Shown: positions 51,275 through 64,000 of the stretch, piece by piece
How the letters are laid out: each line of letters starts with the position of its first letter
Position numbering within the stretch: the first letter of the stretch is position 1
From: Mytilus californianus
Taxonomy: Eukaryota
Assembly (NCBI RefSeq): GCF_021869535.1
Contig: NW_026262723.1
Coordinates: 83,018,001-83,082,000, forward strand
Direction of reading: 5' to 3'
Length of the DNA stretch: 64,000 nucleotides
Position numbers and translations under genes: made by a program
The notes under the pieces: model-generated
Databases searched by the model: none
The model's input: the letters and a program-made list of their open reading frames with translations, nothing else
What the model was told of the DNA's origin: nothing

Positions 51275-53265
51275 TTATTTAGAACAAACTACACAATTGA
51301 TAGCTTTGTCGTCGGTGTAAGGAGGGCATGGTAAAGAACCACATTTAGTCGTAGTTACAAAGAGTAAACTACCATCATTATTCACATGTCCGCCGGGAAT
51401 ATATTCTGGGTCTCTGTCCATACAGAGGTAGGATGAAGCACTGTATGCACGATGACCGGAAACAACTAGACCTTGATATTCCTTTTGCCATCCAGAATAG
51501 CAAGACTTTCTACCAGGTATCATTAATGTGTTTTGCGTCTTTTTGTTTCTGCAGACTGCACATGGGACATCTTCGTCGTGAGCATCAGGTTTAAGTATAT
51601 TTTCCTGATATTCTGCGCCATATAATAAGCTGGTACCATTTCCGGATATATTTGTTAGTTCAGGATCACCTGGCATGCACAGTAAATTTGAAGGACCACC
51701 ATGTCGACTAGTGTATGATGCGTGTAAATAGAGCTGTCCTGCAGCATAACCTGAAAACAAACTTACATTAGGTATGAGGTTTATATTAAATTTCATTAAA
51801 ATTACGGCCATAAAAGCTCTTTCATTCATATATAAATGGTGTTAAAATACTCAAAGTGCGACCGCTACACAACATTAATCTCCCGCACAAATGTCATGTA
51901 CATGTTGCTTAAGAGTCTTTAAGAATAAACACTATGTTCAGTTCTTAATCGGTAAAAATAACATCTGATTTAAAATGGTAGTAAATTATAGATGATTACT
52001 CTGAATTGATTTGTTTAGTTAAAATGGAAGTACAAGAGTTATTATTTTGGCATAGACGTATATTTTTCTCGATTTTTACAAATTCATCAGCAAGATATTC
52101 CAAGCCATATATACAGAACTCTGTCGGGGATAAAAAAAAAACCCATAAAAACTATGGATTGTCTTTCCTTTAATCATTTTACAAAAACACATAAAATTTG
52201 CATTAAATATCGAAATAGTCTACAACTGCTATTTGTACCACTGAATAACATTTTGATATTAAAGACGCGTTTAAAATTGTTCCAAAACAAAAGCAATATT
52301 TGATTGCGTCAGGTAAATTATCCCGTTAGTTACTAGCTGCCGAGAAAATAGTTGTTCTCTATTGAGGAGGCAAAAAAAATTGTTTTTTTTTCTAAATTAT
52401 AGAAGGCCATATTATAATTATGAGGCGAAAGGGTGTTCTGAAAGTATGTAGGGCCGATTGACGACAATTTTGACTGCCATTTGAAAATGAGTTAAGCAAG
52501 TAAGCTTTACAAAATTTACCAATGGACCCCTCAAATAGAGTTGTTTCTCAAGTTTTGTATCCAGCAAACAATGTAACACTACTTCAACATGTTCTTTTTA
52601 ATCAGACCGGCGGGTGTAACTACTGATAAAATACTGGATACCTCTCCCATTACTGTTGGTGTCCGACGGAGGAAATCCATATTGTTATATATTTTTTTCA
52701 CTCGATCTATCCCCATTTTTTGCAATCTTGCATGTTATTCAAACTGTTCATCTTTGTATAAATATCGTTTCATTTATAATTAAATGTGGTTCTTACCTGA
52801 GTACACTAATTCTGTGTTATCTCCAGAACAGACTGACCTCCCCCAGCGAACATATGTAGATCCAGCACCTACAATTTAAATGTCCATATATCAGCATTTA
52901 TTGTAGCCTCTCTCTCATAATACATTGCATTGTCTTTACTTTTTCGTGTATTACTTTTAAGCCACAGAAGACATAAGTCGTACGTTTTTGGTCTTCATAC
53001 GTAATTTATCGCATTTAACTAATATGAAAATAATGAGATGTGGTATATTGGCAATGATTATAAAATACTACTTAAGTGACAACTTACTTGCATTATTTTC
53101 TAGTTGAGAAAGCTGTTCAGTAAGTTTTTGGATCGTAATTTCCATTTGAGCAAATCGTGTTGCAACATCCGGATCATTCAGTAAAAGTCTTTTTGAATTT
53201 TCTCCTATAACAACTGCATATATCAAACAAGTTAGGTAAAGCACTTGTTTCATCGCTTCCACCAT
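51275..53265 (-). CDS. Secreted short-chain collagen C4/spongin-related NC1-domain protein, 3 exons, 241 aa
   Basis: Exons 53265-53088, 52868-52797, 51750-51275 (726 nt, phases match). Signal peptide, short coiled coil, then STYVRWGRSVC..LVYSGYAAG..GGPSNLLC..GAEY..DVPCAVC..IPGRKSC..GW..EY.G..C.D..CGSLPCPPY..CVVCSK. Confidence 0.88.
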
Positions 53266-53613
53266 ACGCCAATCTTTAAGATCATATATATGTATATATA
53301 TAATAGTAAGTTATTATGTATAAAGATAAGACATTAGTTCAACGCTTATGTAAACCAGAAGGTAAAATTGTAACACTCTTCAGAGGACCTCACTAAATCA
53401 CATTTTGATGACAAATTTGTAAAAAATCATTTAAAGAACCTGTTCTAAAACGGATAACGTGCAATGGTTATATAAATGAAAATAACGCTGTATACATTTC
53501 TGAGATTTTCTCGATAAACCTTCATCAGCAACGCTAAAAGCCGAACATTCGAAAGCCAGGGATGTTTGAAAATGTAGAAACGTTAGGAGCTAAATAATCA
53601 AAATGGACCTTAA

Positions 53614-53965
53614 GGATGTTCGCTACTCTATTTCAAAATAACAAGTTTTTTAAATAGACTGTTATAAACTGATAGTACTAAAAAAGAGAACAAAATGCAA
53701 GGTCCGTGTCCTTGTTTTTGAGATATAAGGCATTGAAAATTTGGCGGTAAATTATTCTCTCTCGTACATTTAACATTTGGACCTTTTTTCTTTCAAGGAT
53801 TTCATAACATTTTCAGAAATGGCTTTAACTTTTAAACGATATGTAATAAAATTATGAAAAGAAAATTAGGGGTTAGCGAGCAAAATTTGTATTGGCACAA
53901 CATGGATAAAACTAGAGGATTCTGAATATATGACAAAAAGTCTAAAACATGAGAAGCGAACATCC
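53614..53965. mobile_element. Kolobok-type MITE (352 bp)
   Basis: TTAA|GGATGTTCGC...GCGAACATCC|TTAA. The same left end also occurs at 29069. Confidence 0.8.
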
Positions 53966-54410
53966 TTAAAACCAACTTTGACTGAGGGAGATGGAACCTT
54001 CGTTTCTTGGTAATTTCTTAATTCTTCAATGGGAAATTTTAGAAAAATATGTATAAATCATGTCAGTACAAAAGCATGAACTACTTAGCTTGATGACATA
54101 TATAGAAGTTGACTTTTTCACCTGTGAATGATAATTTTTCCCTTTCACAATATGATGTGATTTCTATTGACAATGTCTTAACTTATTTTACAAATTATTA
54201 CAACGAAGGGATATACATAAAGCCGACTTTCCAAAGAGTTATCCCCTCGATAAAGGGCTTTAAATAAAAACTGAAGCATGGGAAACAATAGTAAAGTAAA
54301 ATACTATACATCGCTTAATACATCTAGAACTTGAAAATTCTTTCTAGTATACAATTGAAGGTTTTACCCAATTTCATTGAAAACAATAACAAAATCAATC
54401 CAAAATTGAG

Positions 54411-54561
54411 ATACTACAAATACATGTCTACCTCAACACAGCCGTCTGCCATTTCCTCAAAATACTACAAATACATGTCTACCTCAACATAGCCGTCTGC
54501 CATTTCCTCAAAATACTACAAATACATGTCTACCTCAACACAGCCGTCTGCCATTTCCTCA
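54411..54561 (+). repeat. Minisatellite, about 3 x 51 bp
   Basis: Unit ATACTACAAATACATGTCTACCTCAACACAGCCGTCTGCCATTTCCTCAAA. Confidence 0.95.
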
Positions 54562-55762
54562 TTGCAGTTTGTGGTTATCCTGTTGGTAGTTGGACTGTGT
54601 AGATTCTATCTTGTCCGTTATACTTTTACAACATAGGGTATAGATAGGTAAAGTTGGAGGATTGTGTTCATGTAAAACTACATACGTTTTGGACACTGAT
54701 CCGACCACCCCCACCCCCCCCCCCCCCCCTTTTTCTATTTTTTTCCTCTTCTTTCATGTTTTCGATTTTTTGTTTAATTTTCTTAAAATTTCAACTTTTT
54801 CCCATTATTTTTAGTGTTCTTGCTCTTATCCATACAATTTTACGATAACTTTACTTTATATGTGCTGCCCGTCTACTCATATTTTAAATTTCCATTAGAG
54901 TAAAGAGGCAGCTCGTATAAAATAGCTATTGTAAGATTTGTACAAGAGCAAGACGATATAAAATAAATAAAATAAGAGGATAAGTTGAGATATTAAAGAA
55001 AATGAAATGAAAAATATAAAACACCAAGATAAAAAGAGAAAAACAAAAAGCGCTTGTATTTATTTATTTATTTATTTATTTATATAGTTTGTTCTTATGT
55101 TGCACTGTTACAAGTCCCAGGTTATTTAGTTTACGCGTTTGTATTGTTTTATATTTGTCATTTCGGGGCCTTTTATAGCTTACTATGCGGTATGGGTTTT
55201 GCTCATTGTTGAAGGCCGTACGGTGACCTATATTTGTTAACTTTAACGTCATTTGGTCTCTGGTTGAGAGTTGTCTCATTGGCAATCTTACCACATCTTA
55301 TTCTTATACTTATGGTAAAACTGGTGTCCGGGTATCTAGACCAAGTATTATTCGTTGGTGTTTTTACCATTATTGTTTTTGAGGATTCGGTTGTATGCGG
55401 TTGGTGGGTCGTATGATTACCCTTACGTAGCACCTGACCACATAAAACCTACAACCTCGAAAAACACTTCCTTGTTCTATTTATACGGTATAGATTGCCT
55501 TTAAAAAGCCGTATTTGGCAAAAACATTCGGAATTTTCTGTTATTCATGCTCTTTGCTATTCAACTTTGTAATATTTGATTGGCTTTGCAGCTGTTTTGA
55601 TTCGAGCGCCACCGACGGGGTTGTGGGAAGCATAGTCAAAACATGCAGCGTCGATCAGTTCATGCGCACATCATTTTGGAATTGACAATAATCAAATACA
55701 ACTAAAGAATGCAACTAATCATAAATATAAGCCATGATAATTTAGTCAAACAAGTTTTTATT

Positions 55763-58700
55763 TCAGCTTTTACTGGACTCTGGAGGAGGCTGAGTAGGAT
55801 CTAGTCCATAGAGCTTCATCTGCATTGCTATATGAAACAAGTAATCAAAACTTTCTAACCTGGAAAGATAATTATAACATACAAAATACAATGATTGCAC
55901 ATTTTTCAGAAGCTAGTTTAATGTATCTGTTTCACAATGATTACAAAGTTCGTCTAGTTCTACAAAATACTTCTTATAAAACAAGTTATACTGTTGTTGC
56001 AGTAGAAAAGTCACACATGTGAATAGGACTGATAGGCCGGCCATACTACATACAATATCTGAACTGAATATTAATCAATGAGGCCTAAAACATAAGTACA
56101 ATTTATGTAAGTGGCTATGAAAGTCTTGTTATTCTCCAATCAAATCTACGAAATACAGCTATTTAGATCCAGTTTGGTGATATACAGGGATATCCTGATG
56201 GATGAAGCGCACAGCGTTTCTTTCCCCAATCAAACTTTGTCGTTAGCATGTTTAAGAATTATCGAGTTCAATATTTAAAATTGTCATTCCTTAAACACAT
56301 TTAAAGTATCTATAATGTTGATTTTGTATATGTTATCACATTTAAATTCAAAGCGAATGGACGCCAAAGGGGAGGCATTATTGTTTTATCAGCCAACATC
56401 TAAATTGTATTAATCAAATAAAGAACTTACATCAATTTAGTTTTCTCCCATGTAGGACCTACGACATACATTCCATGTCTACGAATGATAACACATGATG
56501 TGTCTGGATAGTCCTCTAATGCTGTAGCAACATATGGCTGAAATAATACATTTATGAATGATTAAAAGTGACACACTCTCAAAATGTATAGCTGTTCATG
56601 TATATCTCAACCTACTTTGGTAGGAATAATGTACATGAGATTTCAAAGTGGAAGTAAATTTCTGAAAGTTCTATTTTCAACATAACAATATCAAATGTTT
56701 GACCCTTTATAGTGTTTCCACATTTTGCATTGACAGGTTGGAGTAGCTGACGGCACTGATACCACACACGTTCCAACTAAGCAGTCATGTTTTAAATTAA
56801 TTTATTGAAATTCAGACAAATAAATTCTTCTAGTTTTATCAATCAAAACATGCATGGCGAGAGTGAAACTGGACCCTGAACGGTCAATTTCAATTTCTTC
56901 TAATTTGAATTCAAAATGCAAACCTTTGAAACTTCAATATAAGTGCTGCTTATGAGATTTATTATTTGTTGTTGATCGTATGGAATACCTGGCAAAATAA
57001 TATAACTAAGCTTCCAATCATACATTTCAGGAATTGGACATATTTTGAAAAATTTAAACCAGATTCGGTTATTTTTTTACTTAAATTAGAAGTTTTCTTT
57101 TGGATGTTTTGTATTTTGATCCAGTCTTTGAGTACCATGGCCGATTAAACATGAAATATTGTCAAAAAAGAATGGACAATAATGAAAGAACTGAAGAAGA
57201 ATGTTTAGGCTTTATGGAATGAGAGTGACCATATCAATTCTTGACACTAAACATAGATACTTAATGAGTGATAAAGACTCATAACTATTATTCAAAAAAG
57301 TGAAAATAAGCAAGTCTTTTTTGTTCTGTTATAAACATAAAAAATCTTAAAGTAGGTATTGTTGTTTGGTGCAAGTTTAAATGGAACCCTTACATTCTAT
57401 GGGCATCAAGATATTACTTTCATCTTTTTATTAAGACTATGAATTACCTTTAAATATATCTTTTTATAACAAACACCAAAAACATAATATCAGCCATTTG
57501 TATATTAAACTTTATAAAATGAATACTCACTGCAAGGTCAATTTCCTCGGGTTGACCTTCAACAATCGGAATAACTAATTCGTCAAAATATTTGTTATTT
57601 TTCCCTAAAAATAAATACTATATAGAGTAAGTACGTGTGAAAAAATGTTTTAATCCGATTGTCGAACTCAGCATCTGAGGCAATATAAAATTAATATCCG
57701 CTATTATGCCATGAAAATCAGTATGATTATTGCCTGCCATGGAAAATTGTGTTGTTGTCATGTAGTCGCAAACTGATTATCATTATATCAAACCATATAT
57801 TGTAAAAAAAAATATGTTATCTTGTCCTAGACTTCCACATCATGCAAAGACAATACAATCTTCTGGTTTATTTCTCAAAACAATATGCAACTGAATATCC
57901 GATTTTAACTTTTTTGATTCGAGCGTCACTGATGAGTCTTTTGTAGACGAAACGCGCGTCTGAGGTACAAATTTCAATCCTGGTATCTATGATATAACAG
58001 GAAATGCTTTGTTTTTAATATTTCAACGAATCAAAAATTTTATAAAGGACATTATCAGACAATCAACGTATCTGTTCTACAGTTTATATCAAATAGCTCT
58101 GAAAGCAAGTATAACATGATTTACATAAGATCCGCTATATTTGTAATAACAGTCTTTTATGTTAAGTCGACAAACTTAATCCTGGATACTTCTATACGGG
58201 ATAGATTGATTGTTGTTTACCTACGGTCCAGCAGCAAATATTCCTTACAACGCACAATCTGATTTCCAAAAGGTGTTGCAAACTATTTTTCACATGCAAA
58301 AAGCGTGACACGCTCCCTACATGGTAATTCCGTCCTGAAGCGACTGTGTATTTATACATCCTAAACAGCCAAACGTATGACTCCCTCATCATAGTTTTAC
58401 TACCGGACAGTTAAAGCCCACACTGATAACCATATTTATATACCCGGGTTTATAAAAAATTGTCAATAATTTTGTAAAAAATACTTTCTTAATAGCACAT
58501 TATGTAATATAAGTTACCTAGCGTCCAATTATATGTACATTTAATCATTTGTTGGTGAGTTATTCTAAATTCTTTTCCTGGATATAGTAAAGATATTAAT
58601 ACTGCGTTTGGATTGTGAGCATGGAAAACTGCTCCCGCGCCTGTCAAAAGTAGGAAGAATACTTATTATTGATCTACCATATATCCATGGAATATTTCTT

Positions 58701-61700
58701 AAAATTCAAATGTAATCTGAAAAAAAACAACAAAGAAGTTGTGTGCATAAACACTTTCAAAAACTTTAATGACTTCCAGATTGATATCTCAAAAGGGAGG
58801 GTTTTCATTTCGTGGTTTCGTTACCAATCAATTTTAATTTTCATCGTTTGATACATCTTTCTTGTCTTTATTTACAGTGAGTTGGCAAGTGTTTACATAA
58901 CAATAAAATTAAGCCGATTTAGCTGTCGAAAATCAGAAGGCTCTAGATTAACAATTGAGCGCTGTTGTAGGACTTAGTGAAGAAGAACATTGAAATTAAT
59001 TCTCCCCTTAGCCGTAATGCCTTTCTATTTGGTACTATTCAGATAGTATTTAATATAACTTGCCTTTTCTTTTTAGGAATGAATTAATGATTAGTGGCGT
59101 ACACGAGCTTTGAGTTAGCTTCTTGAAGGCTGGTGGAGTCGCAATAGACTTTCCATCTATTGTTTGAACAAAGAGGTCTTCTGGCTAAAATTATATTAAA
59201 GTGAGCGATACTTTGATGATGTTAAAATAAATCATTTGTAAATACAAAATATAAAATGTGATATGACCTAAAATGAAAATGTATTCTCCGCAATCTAAAA
59301 TCATTCAGCCAAAACAAGAAAAAAAAAGATTTGGCTATTCTTGAATAATCGAAGAAATAACCCAGGAACAGCAACTGTGAAAATCAAGCTGCATTTATCT
59401 TTTGATAACAATATATTAAAAATAAAAGAAGAATGTGTATGGGGACATGAATGCCCAATATATTAAAAATAAAAGAATAATGTGTCTCTGGACACGAATG
59501 CCCCCGCACAAACTGGCTTTTCAAAAGAAATTTGACGGACGGAAAGACGGAAGGTCAAGGGTAACACTTTTAAAATGCCCCCTTCGCCTTGCGGCGGGGG
59601 TATAAAAATTCAAAATTACCCATGCACATTTACGTATTGTATGAAAAGACAGCGTAAAACGAGTATAACTAAAACAAAATCTCTTCTTTTCTGAAATAGT
59701 GAAAAAACCTGAAACAAACAAATCTGCATTATAAAATGAAATAACAATCTATAAATTTGGTGCATCTGAAGCACTTTTCTCAATTCACCTCAACAGAAAC
59801 GCTCAAATCTAAGAAATAAACTGAGGTTATAGACAGTATATAAAGACAGGCAATTTTTAATATGCCGCAGCAACCGTTGTCATATTTCTAGTTAATCAAG
59901 TTTTAGTAAAGCAATAAATCGGGCAAAAAACTTTGAAGAATAATTACAGTTTATACAGTTTAATTATCTTACTTCCATCAATTCTTTTTGAACACCAGAC
60001 GGGGTTATGTATATTTCCTCCCTGAAAAGACATTTATACAAATGTTTATTTGTCATCAGCATTCATTGCTGAATGTTGACTAATAGCTAGGTGCAAATAA
60101 TGCAGAATTTTTTAAGAGGAATGCGAAGCAATGAGTTCAATCTCCATTTGTTATACATTCTAATTAATTGTAAAGAAATGTCCCTAAAATATAACAATTT
60201 GCACACAAAATTCTCCATACATCAATTTAGAATTTGTAAACTATGAATGCGAAAAAAATGTCACCGTCTTTACTTAAAGTTGAACAATAGATGTAACTAT
60301 ATTTTACTTAATTTGAATGTTAAACTAGGAAACATGGAAAATAAAAAGGGGCAGAAGTTACCAAAAGGGAAAATGAAAACCCATCACTCGAAGAAAAATC
60401 GACAATACCATGGCAAAAAAACATACTAAATGCTCTAAACTAAGAGCCTGTGTCGCTCTCATATATAGATATATGTGCTATTCAACAAAGCACACTTTAA
60501 TTCATGACTAAAATCTTAAGATTTTTGTAAAAGTGAAGGAACGACGGACGCCAAGTGATTAGAAAAGCCCACTTAGCCCTTTGGGACAGGTGAGCTTTAA
60601 AAACCGACGAAAAGTCAAAGAATAGTCTACTAACTACATAGAAAACTAAAGACTGAGCAACTCGGAACTCCACCAAAACGGTCCGATCTCCAAAAGGTAA
60701 GCATATTCTGCTACATATGTGGCACCCATGCAAAAGTCTCTATCTCAGTGGCAACTGTTTGCTAAACCATGGAAAACAAAACCAAAGTTACTGTTGCAAA
60801 GGAACATCTGCAAGTTAAGTGGCGGTTTCAAAATACCGTTAGCAGATGTTCTAAACAGTTCTATGAAAATGGTGATTGATGTTGCTACATTTAACCACAA
60901 ATGTAATGTTTATCATGTCAACAATAAAAGATAAATCAATATGAAGAAAACGGAAACACTTTAATAAAACTAAAAATGGCTCTTTAACAGAACAATGGGG
61001 AAATCAAAATGGTATATTTAGATGTGGATATAGATGTTACAAATTTCTAATGTTCCTGGTTTTTAGTTATTTCCTAGCCCCATAGCTTTATAATAATCCT
61101 GTAAAAGAAGATCAACCACACAAAGCTCATTTACAATCGGTATCTACAAATTATATCATTATACCGAAAATTTCTTATTGTATGAATTGTTTCTGTAATA
61201 TTTAATACAAGTCTACTCCAATGTGCCATGATTAAGTAAAAAGTCTATTAGCATCCCTACCCTCGTCTTATACCAATAGCTCCTCCAGATCCAGTCATCC
61301 AACCAAGAGAATGAAAATGTCGACCTGCTTCTGGGATAACCTTTCGAGGGTTTTCCTGCAATTGAAATCATCATTACCTAATTTTTAATAAGATTGAATA
61401 ACACGACAACGAATGACATTTTCCACATGGTTCTATGATCGACAGCCCTTTAAAATGATTAATATCACCAAAAAATTGTATCCCGGTTGTATCCTCGTCA
61501 TAGACTACACGAAATAACGAAACGTTGCATTCGCTGGTACTAGCTTTAATCATCCAGCAGCCGATATGTTATACATAATCATGACACGATCAAGAAAAAA
61601 ATGTATCAAGTCTTAGAGTACTTATCAAGTCGTAGAGTATATATATCAAGTTGTAGATTATAGGGTAGTTGTGACCGCCTCTTTGAAAGAAAAGTCGTAT

Positions 61701-62349
61701 TTTAGAGACAAACGACGAGAGATTACCAGGTTATGTCTTCAATTTTAAGACATAACCCAAAACTGGGTGAACATAGCGATCTAAGGACAATAACTAATTC
61801 TAGGGAGTTGTTGGAATGTCTTGCTTATAAATAGGCGGCAGTAATAGGCATATCTTGATTTTCTGAACATTGTTGACCCTAGATTTTGTGCATCTGTAAT
61901 AATTGTCAAGATATAAGACGATCAAGGTTGGATTTAGGATTTATGAATCTGGATTTTAGAGTAAAAATTCAAATCAATTGTGAGAAACATAAGAGTCTAA
62001 AAACTTTTGGGGCGATACATGGGGACGATCTCTATCCTGGATCGATCCTCTGCTAACGATTACGTACATTTTACTCTTCATGTTCTATTTTAGCCATGCC
62101 GACAATGTTGGTTGGTGGACATCTTTTAATTCCAGATACTCTTCGTATAATTGTGGCCAAGTCATAGCAACAGCCCACAATTTGACCCTGTGGACCGACC
62201 CCCAGGTGAGTGACAAAAAACATCACGCGAACAGTTCATTTGCTTCGTTAATTTCAAATCTGTTTTCTATATAATTATTTGTAAGTTCCGATACTTACCT
62301 CGTTTGTCGGTGTAGAAGAACCATATGAGGCATTTGGAAGAGCACACAT
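55763..62349 (-). CDS. APIP: APIP/MtnB (methylthioribulose-1-phosphate dehydratase) homolog, 8 exons, 238 aa, divergent active site
   Basis: Exons 62349-62299, 61355-61261, 60021-59973, 59184-59064, 58640-58518, 57604-57531, 56537-56431, 55859-55763 (717 nt, open frame). Motifs [59 protein letters not shown]. Exon 1 is the least certain. Confidence 0.9.
57921..57968 (+). ncRNA. Canonical minimal type I hammerhead ribozyme (PLE/retrozyme-type repeat)
   Basis: GCGTCA-CTGATGA-GTCT(TTTGT)AGAC-GAA-ACGCGCGT-C-TGAGGT: intact core, 4-bp stem II, palindromic stem III, GUC cleavage site after 57960. Confidence 0.85.
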
Positions 62350-63019
62350 ATTTTTAACTAACTTTTAAAACTGTCCAATTTTAAGGGGGTCAATATTTAG
62401 GACGTTATAGCAAACGGAAATACAGATAAGTAGAGTATGGCGCAAAATTTAAAATGACTCGGATAGATAAACATAGAACTCACAGGTGGGTATTGAAACG
62501 CTATAGTCTTATAATAAATAACACCGCCTTTTTATTGACGTATCTATATGTGGAAATGCATTGCTGCCATCAGGGGCGGGTCCAGGTAAGGGCGTAATGG
62601 GCGTACGCCCCCCTTTTCAAAAAAAAAAAAAAAAAAAAAAACTATCGTTATCTGCTTATATTGTATTGAATATGGCAATTTATCATATTTATTAATTAAA
62701 CACATACTCTGATTTCTTTTATACTGATTCCCCCATCCGATTGGTGACTTGGACACCTTTTTTAAACAACCAAAGCGGTAAGTAAATCTATACATGAAAT
62801 GGTTTGTTTTGTGTGACACTTCCCCAATGGCCATTCTACATCTACCCGGGGGATACTCGCTATATATATGATACCGGGTATGTTCCGACAAACGGGGTTG
62901 CATTTTCAGCTAAATTGTCTGAAATGGGGTTATGTTTTTTTCGCCTTGCATTGGAAGGGGTCAGATTTGACTATCTAGAACAGGGTATTATAAATACAAT
63001 GTTACACTATTGTTTCAGA

Positions 63020-63340
63020 TAAGGGTGAATGTTTGGTACCATTAAAACGTTTAAACCCGCTGCAACTGTTTGCACCTGTCCTAAGTCAGGAATCTGATGT
63101 TTAGTAGTTGTCGTTTGTTGATGTGGTTCATAAATGTTTCTTATATAGATTAGACCGTTGGTTTTCCCGTTTGAATGGTTTAACACTAGTAATTTTTGGG
63201 GCCCTTTATAGCTTGCTGTTCGGTGTGAGCCAAGGCTCCGTGTTGAAGACCGTACTTTGACCTATAATGGTTTACTTTTATAAATTGTGACTTGGATGGA
63301 GAGTTGTCTCATTGGCACTCATGCATACCACATCTTTTTA
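63020..63340 (+). repeat. M2 interspersed repeat copy
   Basis: Closely matches 9974-10258. Confidence 0.85.
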
Positions 63341-64000
63341 TATCTACTAAATTGAAAACAACGTTCAAACCTATGATTGCGTTGGATAAAAACCGCAATT
63401 TTTATACGTGTGCATGCAAAACAAATTTCTTGGTAAAGGGGTCTAAATACAGCACAAACAACATTTTCCAAAAGACCAAAACAGTGAAAAGGTATATTTT
63501 AACAAAACGGGTATATATATACATATATATATATCAAAAGTTCAGAAAAAGCTATCGTTAAAGATTTATTTTCCATTTTTCATGCCCATTTCATATAACC
63601 TTTTAACTGAATTTATAACTTCTTCCAAAGATTTGATATCCACATGTTAATCAATACATAATTTGAATGATCCGAAGGCAGACTATTTTCACCAATTTGT
63701 CTATCATGGAGTCTGTTATAATACTTCATAATTTGATGCTAAATTGTTGAAATCCAGGAGCTTCTGACCTTCCCCATGGACCCTATACCAGGGCAACCGG
63801 AATTACGCCTCCTGTTCATAAAATCCTGGCCTAGGACTATTGAAATGTAAAGTAACACCCTATACCCTAGAACTTGGAATTTCTCGTTATTGGTCTACTG
63901 CTGTTAAGATCCATCCAATCATTTTAATATACCATAGACAATTAGTGGAGAGAATTTGGCATAAAAAATATCAAACCCTGACACTTTAACTATAAAATAT

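Noticed and set aside
54411-54561. CRISPR-like array
   Set aside because: Units are head-to-tail with no unique spacers, there are no cas genes, and the context is eukaryotic.
58192-58392. 66-aa ORF inside the APIP locus
   Set aside because: No homology to APIP in any frame; it is intronic in the reconstructed model.

Overview
AT-rich, intron-containing animal genomic DNA. The repeat families and gene families suggest a bivalve, probably a mussel (Mytilus); this is inference, not a database result. Three spliced host genes on the minus strand could be reconstructed by eye with consistent exon phases. (1) A type I membrane receptor with C-type-lectin-like halves, a WSC domain, a TM helix and an ITIM-like tail (14567-27096). 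(2) A secreted short-chain-collagen-C4/spongin-type NC1 protein (51275-53265). (3) A divergent APIP/MtnB homolog whose catalytic Glu is replaced by Gln (55763-62349). There is also an orphan SRCR exon. The rest is mostly mobile DNA. The standout is an apparently intact, young 4902-bp composite-like DNA transposon at 37633-42534. It has two 452-bp direct repeats (2 mismatches), each with its own 21-bp TIRs, a 4-bp ATAA target duplication, a 674-aa Kolobok-type DDE transposase and a convergent I-PpoI-like His-Me finger nuclease. This architecture matches the KolobokP lineage. Also present: hammerhead-ribozyme-bearing repeats, a Naiad-type Penelope element with an in-frame TGA at a normally Cys position, RTE/RTEX-like LINE relics (one with an esterase ORF1), Academ, Gypsy and hAT fossils, TTAA-type MITEs and palindromic Crypton-like elements. 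All assignments come from visual motif recognition; no searches were run.
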